From assembly GCA_012797605.1 (NCBI GenBank), contig JAAZOT010000050.1:4655-68654 (forward strand): a stretch of DNA of 64,000 nt. Direction: 5' to 3'. This DNA comes from Spirochaetales bacterium (GTDB taxonomy: Bacteria; Spirochaetota; JAAYUW01). Both the position numbers and the translations under genes were made by a program. Shown in pieces: positions 29,615 to 40,289 of this stretch. The notes beneath the pieces are model-generated. The model made no database searches, was not told the origin of the DNA, and was given only the letters and a program-made list of their open reading frames with translations. Each line of letters begins with the position of its first letter. Position 1 is the first letter of the stretch.

Positions 29615-29668
29615 ATTAAATCTTATATTAAAATTTTGTTATTTAAATCTGGTTAAAGGAGTTTATTG

Positions 29669-31024
29669 ATGCTTGAAGCTATCGCTAAAGGTTTTGATAA
29701 TGCTATAACATTGATATTCAAAAAAGGATTGATTACTGAAGGTAAGATTAATGAAGCATTAGAAGAATTAAAAAAAATACTTGTTGATGCTGATGTTAAC
29801 TATGAAGTTGTAAATGAATTTTTGAAAAATGTAAAAGAGAAAGCAATAGGACAACAGATAGTAAAGGGAATATCTGCAAGGGAAAAATTTATAAAAATTG
29901 TCTATGATGAAATAGTATATTTTCTTGGAGAAGGGAAAAAAGAGGTTAAGATTAAATCAAAAGGGAACAGAAGTGTCATCCTCCTTGCAGGACTTCAAGG
30001 TAGTGGTAAAACAACTACTGCTGCCAAGCTTGCGAAGCTTTATAAAGGGCAGAAATTTCCTCTTTTGGTTGCTGCAGATATATATAGACCAGCAGCCATA
30101 GAACAACTTAAAATACTAGGTCAGCAAGTAGGAGTTGAGGTTTTTAGCCAGTCCAAAAAAACTCCAGATAAAATAGTTAAGGAAGCCATAAATTATGCAG
30201 ATTCAAAAGGATTAGATTTAGTCATAATAGATACTGCCGGAAGACTGCAGATAGATAAAAATTTGATGGATGAATTAAAACTCATTTCTCAGATTTCAAA
30301 ACCAGATGAAATCTTACTAGTCGTTGATTCCATGACTGGCCAGGTCGCTGCAGATGTCGCTTTTGAATTTACAAAATATGTCAAATTAACAGGTGTCATC
30401 CTTTCGAAGTTTGATTCTGATGCAAAAGGCGGTGCCGCTCTTTCTGTAAAGCATGTGGCAAAGGTTCCAATTGTTTTTGTTACAAGTGGAGAGCAGTTGG
30501 ATAAGATAGAATACTTTTATCCAGATAGAGTAGCTCAAAGAATAATAGGAATGGGAGATGTCCTTACTCTTGTAGAAAAAGCAGAAAAAGAATTTTCTTT
30601 AGCTGAAGCAGAGAAACTTGCTAAGAAGATAGAGACAAATAAATTTGACTATAACGATATGCTCGTTCAACTCGAAAGCATAGCTAAAATGGGAGGATTT
30701 GATCAGGTTTTATCCATGCTTCCAGGAGCCGCTAAAATAAATCAAAGTAAGGTTGATACTCAGATAAGAAAATTCATTAACTATAAGGTAATTATTCAAT
30801 CTATGACTAAAAAGGAAAGAGAAAACCCGCTTCTAATAAATAACCCTTCAAGAAGAAGGAGAATAGCAAAGGGAAGTGGTAAAAAACTTATAGATATCAT
30901 CCAACTTCAAAGAGATTTTGATAATATGAAAAAGATGATGCAAAAGATGAAAGGTGGAAAGATAAAACCAGAAATGCTTGGATTAGATATGGAAGCATTA
31001 AAAAACTCTGGTATCCAATTTTAA
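29669..31024 (+). CDS. ffh: Signal recognition particle protein Ffh (SRP54)
   Basis: NG domain with GLQGSGKTTT, DTAGR and SKFDSDAKGG, plus a Met-rich M domain. The ATG at 29669 is preferred over the TTG at 29666. Confidence 0.95.
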   Translation: MLEAIAKGFDNAITLIFKKGLITEGKINEALEELKKILVDADVNYEVVNEFLKNVKEKAIGQQIVKGISAREKFIKIVYDEIVYFLGEGKKEVKIKSKGNRSVILLAGLQGSGKTTTAAKLAKLYKGQKFPLLVAADIYRPAAIEQLKILGQQVGVEVFSQSKKTPDKIVKEAINYADSKGLDLVIIDTAGRLQIDKNLMDELKLISQISKPDEILLVVDSMTGQVAADVAFEFTKYVKLTGVILSKFDSDAKGGAALSVKHVAKVPIVFVTSGEQLDKIEYFYPDRVAQRIIGMGDVLTLVEKAEKEFSLAEAEKLAKKIETNKFDYNDMLVQLESIAKMGGFDQVLSMLPGAAKINQSKVDTQIRKFINYKVIIQSMTKKERENPLLINNPSRRRRIAKGSGKKLIDIIQLQRDFDNMKKMMQKMKGGKIKPEMLGLDMEALKNSGIQF

Positions 31025-31360
31025 AAAAAGAGAGTTTATAAAAAATAATGGCTGATTTGATGAATAAATTTGATGTGTAATTAACTAACCTTCTAATTTA
31101 TAAATATTAAAAATAGTATTGATTGATTAAATTAGCAATAATGAAATTTAATATAAATGATGCCAAAAAAATTGTGAATAAGATGTGAACAAAAATTGTC
31201 ATATAATTATTAAAATACACCTTTGAAAAAATTAAGTTTGAGAACGCTTGTAAAATAAAGATATTTCAAATGTCAAGAATTTTAATGCTAAAATTTACAG
31301 AAATTTTAATAAAAAGATTATTGTTAGTAAATTGTGAATAAAATGTTAAAAGGAATTCAA

Positions 31361-32344
31361 ATGAGTATAAATGAAAATGAAATACTGGTAGAAAAGGAAA
31401 GATTTATTTTACAGAGAAAAAAACCAATTGTTAAAATAAGGGTGGGATTTCTAGAAAACTTTCGTAGATTTTTTATTTCACAGGATTTTTTAGAGGTTGA
31501 AACTCCCATAAGGATCAAATACCCAGCTCCAGAAGCAAATATTGAAACATATAAAAGTGAGGATAGATTTTTAATTGCCTCACCTGAAATACAGATGAAA
31601 TTGCTCATAATGGCTGGTTATGAAAAAATCTTTCAGATTACCCATTGTTTTAGAAAAGAAAGCTGTAGCAACCTTCATCAGACAGAATTTACGATGTGTG
31701 AATGGTATAGAGTAGGATCGTCTATCTATGATCTAATGGATGATTGTGAAAGGATAATTAAACTTCAGATAGAATTTATTTCAAATTTTCTTGAAAAAAA
31801 TAAAACTTACGAGATTGACAGAAAAAAATGTGAAGAATTTTTTAAGAAAATCAGATTTCCATTTGAAAGAATAGAAATTCAGCAAATTTATAAGGATCTT
31901 GCTGGTTGGGACCCTATCGAAGTCTATGACCCACAAAGATTTGATATAGATATGGTAACTAAAATAGAGCCTTACCTAAAAACCAAACCAGCAGTCTTTT
32001 TAATAGGTTATCCATATTATCAAGCATCTTTAGCAAGATTACGAAAAAATTCAGATAAAATTGCAGAAAGATTTGAGTTATATATTGAAGGCATCGAAAT
32101 CGCCAATGCTTTTGATGAGCTTACAGATGCAGAGGAGCAAGAGAAAAGATTTTTAGAAGAACTTAAAATTAGAAGTGAAAAAAATATGAATGAATATCAG
32201 TTAGATAGAAGATTTATTGATAATTTAAAAAAAGGTATGCCTCAAACAAGCGGGATAGCTTTAGGAATAGATCGCCTTTTAATGATTCTTCTATGTAAAA
32301 ACTCAATAAATGATGTAATTTTGTTTCCTCAAGGGACTTTTTAA
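31361..32344 (+). CDS. epmA: EF-P lysine beta-lysyltransferase EpmA (PoxA/GenX, truncated class II LysRS paralog)
   Basis: Class II aaRS catalytic core without an anticodon-binding domain: FLEVETP (motif 1), CFRKE...EFTMCEWY (motif 2), GIALGIDRLLM (motif 3). The ATG at 31361, preceded by AAGGA, is preferred over the GTG at 31334. Confidence 0.7.
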   Translation: MSINENEILVEKERFILQRKKPIVKIRVGFLENFRRFFISQDFLEVETPIRIKYPAPEANIETYKSEDRFLIASPEIQMKLLIMAGYEKIFQITHCFRKESCSNLHQTEFTMCEWYRVGSSIYDLMDDCERIIKLQIEFISNFLEKNKTYEIDRKKCEEFFKKIRFPFERIEIQQIYKDLAGWDPIEVYDPQRFDIDMVTKIEPYLKTKPAVFLIGYPYYQASLARLRKNSDKIAERFELYIEGIEIANAFDELTDAEEQEKRFLEELKIRSEKNMNEYQLDRRFIDNLKKGMPQTSGIALGIDRLLMILLCKNSINDVILFPQGTF

Positions 32345-32350
32345 TTGAAT

Positions 32351-33403
32351 TTACCACAACGCTCTTTGAATTTCGGTTACTCCCCAAGCATTTTCAAAAT
32401 GAATCTCTTTTTTATTATCAGCATGTAAAGTTCCAGAAAAAATTCCAAGATATTGGCGAAAATATATTTTCAAAAAACCTAGATTTAACTTTTGAACCCT
32501 TTTTTTCAAGGGATTGAATTTTAAAAGCACTTTATTATCATCACTATTTATTGTCCATAGATTTTCTGGATTATTATTTGCAAAATTAAATATTACTTTA
32601 TTTAGCTTAAACATTTCATGATCTATCCAGTATGCATTTTCAGTAATATAGGTCTCATTTATAAATGAGGCAAAATTACCACCTAAAGTCATTTTTAAGT
32701 TTGGGTCTACCGCTGAAAATGCTGCCCAATGCCAATTGGTAAGCCTTTTCATATAACCGCAAGACCAATCATAAAGCAAAGTTGTTTTTGATAAATCTGG
32801 TTGTACATTTTTATCTTTTATTTTTATCTTCAAAAGAGTCGGTTCTATACAGCTACATTTTTCGGTAAATGTCCAGCAGTTTATTCCATTTGGAGCACAT
32901 ATTCTTAAAGGATTATTTGTTTTACTTCCATAAAAAAATTGCCCATCTATCTCAAATTCGTTTTTAAAATTAATATTTATTTTAAGTTGTGAATTATCTT
33001 TATTTTTCTCTATACTTACAAAATCATTTTTATTTTTATAGGAGATAATGTAATTATCTGGATTTATAGGATATTTTAAGTTTAATTCGAAAGGAACCTT
33101 TTTATCAATTTCAAAATATTCTTTATTTTGTATAGAATATGAAAAAACAAATATATTAGATATATATGTGAGTCCAATTATTCCTATTCCAATAAGATGA
33201 GAGTCTGTTATTATTAATGCAAAAATAAATTTATGAAATCTAAATTTTTCTATTAGTTTAGGTATATTTTTATCAAAGATTGATTTTAATCTATAATCCT
33301 CATAATTTAAAGATATTTCACCGTCAATTTTACCAAAAAAAACTTCATTTGTATCTGGATTCACTAATTTTTGCATAAAAGTTCCTTGATTTTGTTTATT
33401 CAT
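32351..33403 (-). CDS. Hypothetical 350-aa protein (beta-rich, no signal peptide)
   Basis: Long clean ORF with no motif I can assign confidently. It may belong to a conserved domain-of-unknown-function family. Confidence 0.55.
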   Translation of the reverse strand: MNKQNQGTFMQKLVNPDTNEVFFGKIDGEISLNYEDYRLKSIFDKNIPKLIEKFRFHKFIFALIITDSHLIGIGIIGLTYISNIFVFSYSIQNKEYFEIDKKVPFELNLKYPINPDNYIISYKNKNDFVSIEKNKDNSQLKININFKNEFEIDGQFFYGSKTNNPLRICAPNGINCWTFTEKCSCIEPTLLKIKIKDKNVQPDLSKTTLLYDWSCGYMKRLTNWHWAAFSAVDPNLKMTLGGNFASFINETYITENAYWIDHEMFKLNKVIFNFANNNPENLWTINSDDNKVLLKFNPLKKRVQKLNLGFLKIYFRQYLGIFSGTLHADNKKEIHFENAWGVTEIQRALW

Positions 33404-33568
33404 ATATCGGTATTAAAAGTAATTCATTTAGAATTTGATTTATTTTATGGAAAAAGATTAAGGAAAAATTTTATTTTCGCCTAGCAATACTTTTTTATTG
33501 ACAGTTACTAAAAATAAAATATTTTCTTTATCAAATATCAATTTTTCATCAGACAAAATGAGGGTTAT

Positions 33569-36013
33569 ATGGAAGGTTACAATCATATTGAAATCGAACA
33601 AAAGTGGCAAAAATATTGGGAAGAAAATAAGTGTAATGAAGTTAAAGAGGATAACTCTTTCCCAAAAGAAAAGAGAATCTATATCCTTGACATGTTCCCT
33701 TATCCTTCTGGGGAAGGACTACATGTTGGTCATCCTGAAGGTTACACCGCAACAGATATATTATCAAGATATTATAGATTGAATGGGTATAATGTACTTC
33801 ATCCCATTGGATTTGATTCATTTGGCCTTCCAGCTGAAAACTATGCTATTAAAACTAAGATTCATCCTTCTATTACTACAGAAAAAAATATCAAAACATT
33901 TACAAGGCAGATAAAATCATTAGGTTTTTCTTATGACTGGTCAAGATCTTTTAGTACAACAGATCCAGATTATTTTAAGTGGACACAGTGGATCTTCTTA
34001 AAACTTTTCGAAAAAGGATTGGCATATAAATCTAAAGCTCCAATAAATTATTGTCCATCTTGTAAAACAGGTGTTGCAAACGAAGAAGTTGTTGATGGTA
34101 AATGTGAAAGATGTGGAACACCTGTAGAGAGAAGGTTGATAGATCAATGGATACTGAAAATAACAGCATATGCTGAAAGATTACTTAAAGATTTAGACCT
34201 TGTCGATTGGCCTGAAGATATTAAGATAATGCAGAGAAACTGGATAGGAAAATCTGAAGGCGCAACTATAATATTTGAAGTCGATGGAAAAGACGAACAG
34301 ATAGAAGTATTTACGACAAGAGCAGACACATTGTTTGGCGCTACATACCTTGTTTTAGCTCCAGAACATCCTATAGTAGAAAGGATAACGACTGAATCTC
34401 AAAAATCCGAGGTTGAAAGATATAAAAAAGAAACTTCAAATAAATCCGATTTGGAAAGGACATCTTTAAATAAAGATAAGACAGGAGCTTTTACTGGAGC
34501 TTATGCTATTCATCCATTAAACGGAAAGAAGATTCCTATTTATATATCTGACTATATCCTTCTTCAATATGGTACTGGAGCCATAATGGCTGTTCCTGCT
34601 CATGATGAAAGAGATTTTGAATTTGCAAAAAAATTTAATCTTCCAATAATTCAAGTTGTAGCCCCAGAATTAGGCAAAGAAATTGAATTGAAGGAAGCTT
34701 TTACTCAGCAAGGTTATTCTATAAATAGTGCAGAATTTTCAAATTTAACTACATCGGAATGCACAAAAAGAATAATCGAAAAACTTACTAAGATTGGAAA
34801 AGGCAAAGCAGCTGTAACATATAAACTAAGAGACTGGATATTTTCTAGACAAAGATACTGGGGTGAACCAATTCCTATTATAAACTGTCCAAAATGTGGG
34901 CATGTTCCATTAAAGGAAAGCGAACTTCCTTTACTTTTACCTCAAGTTGAATCTTATGAACCATCAGGAGATGGCAGTTCTCCTTTAGCGAAAGTCACTT
35001 CATGGGTTAAAGTAAAGTGTCCAATTTGTGGGGAAGATGCTGAAAGAGAAACGAACACTATGCCGAACTGGGCTGGAAGTTGCTGGTATTATCTAAGATA
35101 TACAGATCCACATAATGATAAAGAATTTGCCTCTTTAGAAAAACAAAATTATTGGATTCCAGTCGACATATATGTCGGTGGTAAAGAACATGCCGTCTTA
35201 CATCTATTATATGCAAGATTCTGGCACAAATTTCTATTTGACATTGGGCTTGTAAATTCCGCTGAACCTTTTATAAAACTTAGAAACCAGGGAATAATAC
35301 TTGGCGAAGACAATCAAAAGATGTCTAAATCAAGAGGAAATGTCATTAATCCAGATGATATAGTTAAAGAATATGGGGCAGATACTCTTAGAATGTATGA
35401 AATGTTTATGGGGCCTTTAGAAACTTCAAAACCTTGGAATAAAAGTTCAATAGGGGGGATAAGAAGATTCTTAGAAAAGGTATATTCATATTTTAACAAA
35501 GTTTCGTTAGATGCACAAAACCTTCCTCCCAATGTTGAAAAATTGTTTCACAAGACAATTAAAAAAGTTTCAGAAGATATTGAATCTATTTCCGCCTATA
35601 ATACGGCAATCTCTGCTCTTATGATTTGCTTAAACGAGCTTGTAAAACTAGAATCCATTCCTAGAAAAGTTGCTCAAGATTATATAATCATGCTTTCGAC
35701 ATTTGCTCCTCATTTAGGCGAAGAAATATGGACTAAAGTTGGTGATGGAAGACCAATCTACTTACCGATAGGGACTCGTAATCCTTTGTGGCCAAAGTAT
35801 GATAAAGATAAGATTATAGATGAAGTTGTTACCTATGCCATTATGGTAAATGGTAAAAAAAGAGCAACTTTAGAAATCGCTGCAGGTTCCGATAAAGAGC
35901 AGGTCGCTAAAGAAAGTTTGAAACAACAAAATGTAAGTAAATATGTTGCGGAAGATAAAATTCAAAACATCATTTTTGTTCAAGATAAGATAATTAATTT
36001 TATAGTGAAATAA
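33569..36013 (+). CDS. leuS: Leucyl-tRNA synthetase
   Basis: 814 aa with the class I motifs HVGH (MFPYPSGEGLHVGHPEGY) and KMSKS (KMSKSRGN), plus a CP1 editing insertion. Confidence 0.95.
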   Translation: MEGYNHIEIEQKWQKYWEENKCNEVKEDNSFPKEKRIYILDMFPYPSGEGLHVGHPEGYTATDILSRYYRLNGYNVLHPIGFDSFGLPAENYAIKTKIHPSITTEKNIKTFTRQIKSLGFSYDWSRSFSTTDPDYFKWTQWIFLKLFEKGLAYKSKAPINYCPSCKTGVANEEVVDGKCERCGTPVERRLIDQWILKITAYAERLLKDLDLVDWPEDIKIMQRNWIGKSEGATIIFEVDGKDEQIEVFTTRADTLFGATYLVLAPEHPIVERITTESQKSEVERYKKETSNKSDLERTSLNKDKTGAFTGAYAIHPLNGKKIPIYISDYILLQYGTGAIMAVPAHDERDFEFAKKFNLPIIQVVAPELGKEIELKEAFTQQGYSINSAEFSNLTTSECTKRIIEKLTKIGKGKAAVTYKLRDWIFSRQRYWGEPIPIINCPKCGHVPLKESELPLLLPQVESYEPSGDGSSPLAKVTSWVKVKCPICGEDAERETNTMPNWAGSCWYYLRYTDPHNDKEFASLEKQNYWIPVDIYVGGKEHAVLHLLYARFWHKFLFDIGLVNSAEPFIKLRNQGIILGEDNQKMSKSRGNVINPDDIVKEYGADTLRMYEMFMGPLETSKPWNKSSIGGIRRFLEKVYSYFNKVSLDAQNLPPNVEKLFHKTIKKVSEDIESISAYNTAISALMICLNELVKLESIPRKVAQDYIIMLSTFAPHLGEEIWTKVGDGRPIYLPIGTRNPLWPKYDKDKIIDEVVTYAIMVNGKKRATLEIAAGSDKEQVAKESLKQQNVSKYVAEDKIQNIIFVQDKIINFIVK

Positions 36014-36050
36014 TATTAAAATAAAATTTCAAAAAATTTTCTCAAAAAAA

Positions 36051-36090
36051 GGGGCAACCCTTCCGAAGAGGAAGGATTGCCCCTTTTTTT
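36051..36090. terminator. Strong bidirectional rho-independent terminator between convergent leuS and hydA
   Basis: GGGGCAACCCTTCC-GAAG-AGGAAGGATTGCCCC hairpin, flanked by AAAAAAA on the left and TTTTTTT on the right. Confidence 0.8.
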
Positions 36091-36135
36091 ATTACATTAT
36101 TTTTTATTATTAAGGAAAGTATCTTTACCTAAAGA

Positions 36136-37905
36136 TTATTCTCTCCACTTACCGCCATGAACGCCTTTAAATAGTGGTCTTGGAATATAATGAGTATGTA
36201 AATATTTTTTAGATTTACTTGAAAGTGGTTTTTCTAAAAATTCTTTATACAATTTTTGAATAGATGGATTGTTATGTGATTCCCTATGTGGTAAGGATTT
36301 ATCTTCATTATAGAGAGCTTGAGCTCTAATTTCTCTTTTCTTAATGGTAGATCCATAAGGTTGTCCGCCACCTCCAACACAACCTCCAAGACAAGCCATA
36401 ACTTCTATGAAGTGATATGGTATTTCCTTTTTATTCTCTTTTGCTTCTCTGACCTTTAATAGAATTTTTTCTACATTTGAAAGACCAGATGCGACTGCAA
36501 TTCTGACTTTTTTACCTAATACTTCTATTTCTCCCTCTTTGATGCCTTTAGTACCTCTAACAAAAGGTATATCTGGATTAGGTAGCTCATGCCCTGTAAT
36601 ATAGAAATATGCAGTTCTTAATGCTGCTTCCATTACACCACCAGAAGCTCCAAAGATGGTTCCAGCACCAGAATATTCTCCAAGTGGATTATCTGCTTCA
36701 CCATCTTCTAGGGATGTAAGATCAATTCCTACCTGTTTAAGCATTCTTGCGAATTCCCTTGTTGTTATTGTAGCATCAACATCCTTATGACCAGATGAAT
36801 ACATATCTTCCATTCTATCTATCTCATATTTTTTAGCTGTACAAGGCATAACAGAAACAAGGAAGATTTTTTCAGCAGGTATATTCATTTTTTGAGCCCA
36901 ATAGGTTTTAACCATGGTTCCAAGCATCTGATGAGGAGATTTTGCAGTTGAGAAATGTGAAATTAAATCTGGGAAAAATTTCTCGAGATAATCAACCCAT
37001 GATGGGCAGCAGGATGTTATAAGAGGAAATTCATCGGGATTTTCCTTGAAAATTTCAGCAAATTCAGATGCTTCTTCAATTATAGTCAAATCTGCACCGA
37101 AGTTTGTATCAAAAACATATTTAAAACCTAGTTTTCTTAAGGCAGTATACATCTTCTTAACAACATTTGTTCCTATTGGAAGTCCAAACTCTTCACCCAA
37201 AGCGACTCTTACAGCTGGAGCTTCTTGAGCTACAACTATAAGTTCTGGATTATTCAATGCTTCCCATACTAATGAAGTATCATCCTTTTCAATAATAGCC
37301 CCAACTGGACAAACTGCCGAACATTGTCCGCATTTGACACATTCAGAATCATTGAGGACCCTTTCCATTGTGGGACCAACAAAAGAAGAAAAACCCCTAA
37401 AACTTGTCTCAAGTGCATGAACATTTTGAACATTTTGGCAGACCTGAGTACATCTTCCACATTGGATACAGTATGCTGGTCTTAATATTATTGATGGTGA
37501 TGAATCATCCACCTTTGTTATTGTTCTATCGATATGGTCGTAAGAGATCTTTCTGATCCCTAAGCTTGCAGCTATTTTTTGTAGTTCGCAAACACCATTT
37601 TTAGGACATTCAAGACAATCATTTGGATGATTTGATAAAAGAAGTTCTACAACTGTTTTTCTAGCTTTTAAAAGAGAAGCTGTTCTAGTATAAATTTCCA
37701 TCCCTTCAACAACTGGTGTGGAGCAAGCTCTAACAGTTTTACCACCTTTTTGCTCGACAACACATATTCCACAATTGCCAGTAGGTGGCAAATCTTCATG
37801 ATAACATAGAGTAGGTATATTTATTCCAAGTTTTAAGGCAGCCCTCAATATGGTTGTACCATTATCTACTTCTACTTCTTTTCCATCAATTTTCAATTTA
37901 ACCAT
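36136..37905 (-). CDS. hydA: Monomeric [FeFe]-hydrogenase catalytic subunit (CpI-like, with N-terminal 2Fe-2S and 4Fe-4S accessory domains)
   Basis: 589 aa with an N-terminal 2Fe-2S ferredoxin-like fold and two CxxCxxCxxxCP ferredoxin motifs. H-cluster signatures are TSCCPSW, MPCTAKKYE and EVMACLGGCVGGGGQP. A small-subunit-like C-terminal tail is present. Confidence 0.9.
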   Translation of the reverse strand: MVKLKIDGKEVEVDNGTTILRAALKLGINIPTLCYHEDLPPTGNCGICVVEQKGGKTVRACSTPVVEGMEIYTRTASLLKARKTVVELLLSNHPNDCLECPKNGVCELQKIAASLGIRKISYDHIDRTITKVDDSSPSIILRPAYCIQCGRCTQVCQNVQNVHALETSFRGFSSFVGPTMERVLNDSECVKCGQCSAVCPVGAIIEKDDTSLVWEALNNPELIVVAQEAPAVRVALGEEFGLPIGTNVVKKMYTALRKLGFKYVFDTNFGADLTIIEEASEFAEIFKENPDEFPLITSCCPSWVDYLEKFFPDLISHFSTAKSPHQMLGTMVKTYWAQKMNIPAEKIFLVSVMPCTAKKYEIDRMEDMYSSGHKDVDATITTREFARMLKQVGIDLTSLEDGEADNPLGEYSGAGTIFGASGGVMEAALRTAYFYITGHELPNPDIPFVRGTKGIKEGEIEVLGKKVRIAVASGLSNVEKILLKVREAKENKKEIPYHFIEVMACLGGCVGGGGQPYGSTIKKREIRAQALYNEDKSLPHRESHNNPSIQKLYKEFLEKPLSSKSKKYLHTHYIPRPLFKGVHGGKWRE

Positions 37906-38161
37906 CTTTTCTCCCTAAATACTAGTTGCTTCATTTATAAAAAAATATTTTATTTTAGCAATAAAAAATTGTTATTGTTTTAAAAATATTTAAATAGAAA
38001 AAAACAAAATAAAAAAGAAAAAAAATTGCAATATCTTTAATAATTATCTATGCATTTAAATTTGATGTTTTAACTAAAAAAATTTGACATTTTTTATTTT
38101 ATTTGTTATCTATATATACGAGATTTAAAATATATAATTGTAAAAAAGAGTCACCTTTTAT

Positions 38162-38502
38162 GGGGGTGAATCTGGTTTCGACTGTAAGGCAAAGTAACAG
38201 ATTGCATGCAGACTTTCTGAAAGTCTTTAAACTTCAGAAAAAAACGAATTGACAACAATTCACTAGCACTTGCTGCTTAATTGTAAGTAGCAGGGAAGTC
38301 TGAGATAGCTTCTGGTTTCAGAACTTCCCCCGATTACAGAAGCGAACTTTTTTCTTTGTCTGGGAGAAGAAAGTAAAAACACAGGCTGGTTTATTTCAAG
38401 TTTGGAATTTTTCTTGAAATAAACGAGATTGAAAAATTCCTAAGCATGTAGATATCCGTTAACGAACCTTGTAGGACGGGAGTTCAACTCTCCCCACCTC
38501 CA
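38162..38502 (+). ncRNA. ssrA: tmRNA (SsrA), CCA not encoded
   Basis: The 5' GGGGGUG pairs with the 3' CACCUCC, including the G3-U70 alanine identity pair, followed by discriminator A. T-arm GGACGGGAGTTCAACTCTCCC. An internal tag frame ends ...GAC AAC AAT TCA CTA GCA CTT GCT GCT TAA (DNNSLALAA*) at 38251-38280. Confidence 0.9.
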
Positions 38503-38831
38503 ATATCCTTATCATTCTTTTAACTTCTTTATTTTAAAAATTCAATTTCTTTTATTAAAATTAAATTTCACCTAAAATTTTTTCTCAAACTACATTATTC
38601 ATAATTTTTTATTTTTTTGTTATGAGATCTTTCTTTTTTTTATTATGAGATTTTAGTTTCTTTTAATTTCTTTATTTCTCAAAATTATTTACTAATCTGT
38701 TGACTAAGTTATTAAATAAAAGCATGAAAATAAAAAAATATCATAAAATTTGAAATAATTTTAAAATGGGCAATAATTATTAAAGAAGGGAAATAAGAAA
38801 GAAAAAAAAGACAAGTATTAAGGAATATTTT

Positions 38832-39140
38832 ATGAAGAAAAAAACTAAAAAGACAATTCTATTTGTTATTCTATTAATAATTATTTTATTTTTAGCATTT
38901 TATTTTTTTACTGGTTTTTATATTATCCCTCCAGGTGCAATAGCTAAAGGTGCAACCCATTGGTTTGTAAGAACTGGAACTGGCTACCCATTTATAAGTT
39001 CACCAAATAGTATATTAAAAAGAACAAAAGATTTCAACTCGATGAAATCTAACCTCAAAAAGGTATTAAATTTTCCCAAAGATAAGGTTATAGCAACTTT
39101 TAAGTACTCTGATTGGTTATATTCCTTTACCCAAAAATAG
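38832..39140 (+). CDS. Hypothetical small membrane protein
   Basis: 102-aa ORF with an N-terminal TM helix (ILFVILLIIILFLAFYFFTGFYII). No known motif. Confidence 0.45.
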   Translation: MKKKTKKTILFVILLIIILFLAFYFFTGFYIIPPGAIAKGATHWFVRTGTGYPFISSPNSILKRTKDFNSMKSNLKKVLNFPKDKVIATFKYSDWLYSFTQK

Positions 39141-39314
39141 TTTCTTCTTAAAATAATATTTTCTTAAAAGAAATATTTATCATTAAAAAGATAATCTAAT
39201 TTAAAAAATTCTATTTTAAAATATGATTCTTTAATTTAATCTTAAATGTTGATTTAATTTTCACTTAATTTATTTTAGTTAAAATATTAATAACTGAAAT
39301 TTTGAAGGTTTAGT

Positions 39315-40289
39315 ATGATATATATTTTTGGTGGGATATCTTTGGATTTTATTTTCACAAAAGAAACTTTTATTAAAGGAACATCAAACCCATCCTGTTT
39401 TACTTACAGAATCGGGGGAGTAGCTTATAATATATTTAATTCATTGGAAGCAAAGGAAAAAATCTTTATTACAACAATTGGAAATGATGCATTTGGAAAA
39501 ATTATTTTAGATAGTATTAATAGTAGAGATATAAATAAAATAATATTTGATGATTATACAGATAATGATAATGATTTAGTAAAATTTAAAAGTAATCTTA
39601 AAAATAATGATGATAATCAAAAAAAACTTGAATCACTAGATTTAAATAATTTACCAGCAATTATTTTCATGATAGTAAAAGATTATCCGACATCCATTTA
39701 CAATGTTTTAATGCAGCAAGGGAGTTGTTATATAGCTACCGCTGATTTTAGAATAATAGAAAAAAATCTTACATTTTCAAAATTGTCCAATATATTGAGT
39801 AAGATAAAAGAAGATGATATTGTTGTTTTAGATTCAAATATTCATAATGATGAACTCGAAAAAATTTTTAATAATTTAAGTGAAAGAAAAATCAAAATCT
39901 TTTTTGAAACTATATCTTTTGAAAAGACAAAAAGGGCAAAAAATACATTAAAAAATATCTATTTTACTTCACCAGATAATTTAGAATTCGATGCATTAAT
40001 AGAGGGATATGAATCTGTTTTTGATTGTATGGAAAACCAAAATATCGAATATATCTTGAGAACAGATGGAGCAGATGGTTCGACTTTATTTAAAAAGAAA
40101 GATAGATCTTTTGTAAAATATAAACCAAAAAGAGTTTTGAATGTTAAAGATACAACTGGAGCAGGTGATTTTTTATTTTCGAAGATAATTCAATTATCTT
40201 TTGAGGGTTTTTCTATTGAAAAATCTATTGAAATAGCAAGTGAAAAAGTTATAGAATATCTTATAAAGTTAAATGATAGAATTAGTTAA
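39315..40289 (+). CDS. psuK: PfkB-family carbohydrate kinase, probable pseudouridine kinase
   Basis: 324 aa with the C-terminal PfkB signature DTTGAGDFLFS. It lies upstream of psuG. It carries a D/N-rich low-complexity insertion (DDYTDNDNDLVKFKSNLKNNDDNQKK). Confidence 0.6.
   Translation: MIYIFGGISLDFIFTKETFIKGTSNPSCFTYRIGGVAYNIFNSLEAKEKIFITTIGNDAFGKIILDSINSRDINKIIFDDYTDNDNDLVKFKSNLKNNDDNQKKLESLDLNNLPAIIFMIVKDYPTSIYNVLMQQGSCYIATADFRIIEKNLTFSKLSNILSKIKEDDIVVLDSNIHNDELEKIFNNLSERKIKIFFETISFEKTKRAKNTLKNIYFTSPDNLEFDALIEGYESVFDCMENQNIEYILRTDGADGSTLFKKKDRSFVKYKPKRVLNVKDTTGAGDFLFSKIIQLSFEGFSIEKSIEIASEKVIEYLIKLNDRIS

Noticed and set aside
28130-29665. Absence of ftsY between smc and ffh, and of rpsP-rimM-trmD-rplS after ffh, considered as a meaningful synteny break.
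   Set aside because: Gene order for these loci varies between phyla, and a single window cannot show loss. The genes are probably elsewhere in the genome.
31025-31333. 309-nt non-coding gap after ffh, considered as a candidate SRP RNA or other ncRNA.
   Set aside because: The sequence is very AT-rich, with no GC-rich helices and no domain-IV-like motif. The repeated ATTGTGAATAA words are direct repeats, not a CRP-type palindrome. It is most simply a promoter or leader for epmA.
33498-33782. 94-aa plus-strand ORF overlapping the leuS start in another frame.
   Set aside because: The leuS frame from 33569 has the canonical N-terminus and HIGH motif. The alternative frame has no motif and starts inside the likely leuS promoter.
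36136-37905. Orphan hydA without adjacent hydE/hydF/hydG maturases or partner subunits, considered as an anomaly.
   Set aside because: Maturase genes are frequently unlinked to hydA in anaerobes, and all H-cluster motifs are intact.
38503-38831. Possible genomic island or prophage integrated at the tmRNA 3' end.
   Set aside because: tmRNA genes are classic integration sites. Here, however, no integrase follows, I see no duplicated copy of the tmRNA 3' end downstream, and the next genes are ordinary (a small membrane protein, then psuK/psuG). Only a short imperfect repeat (TTATGAGAT twice) is present.
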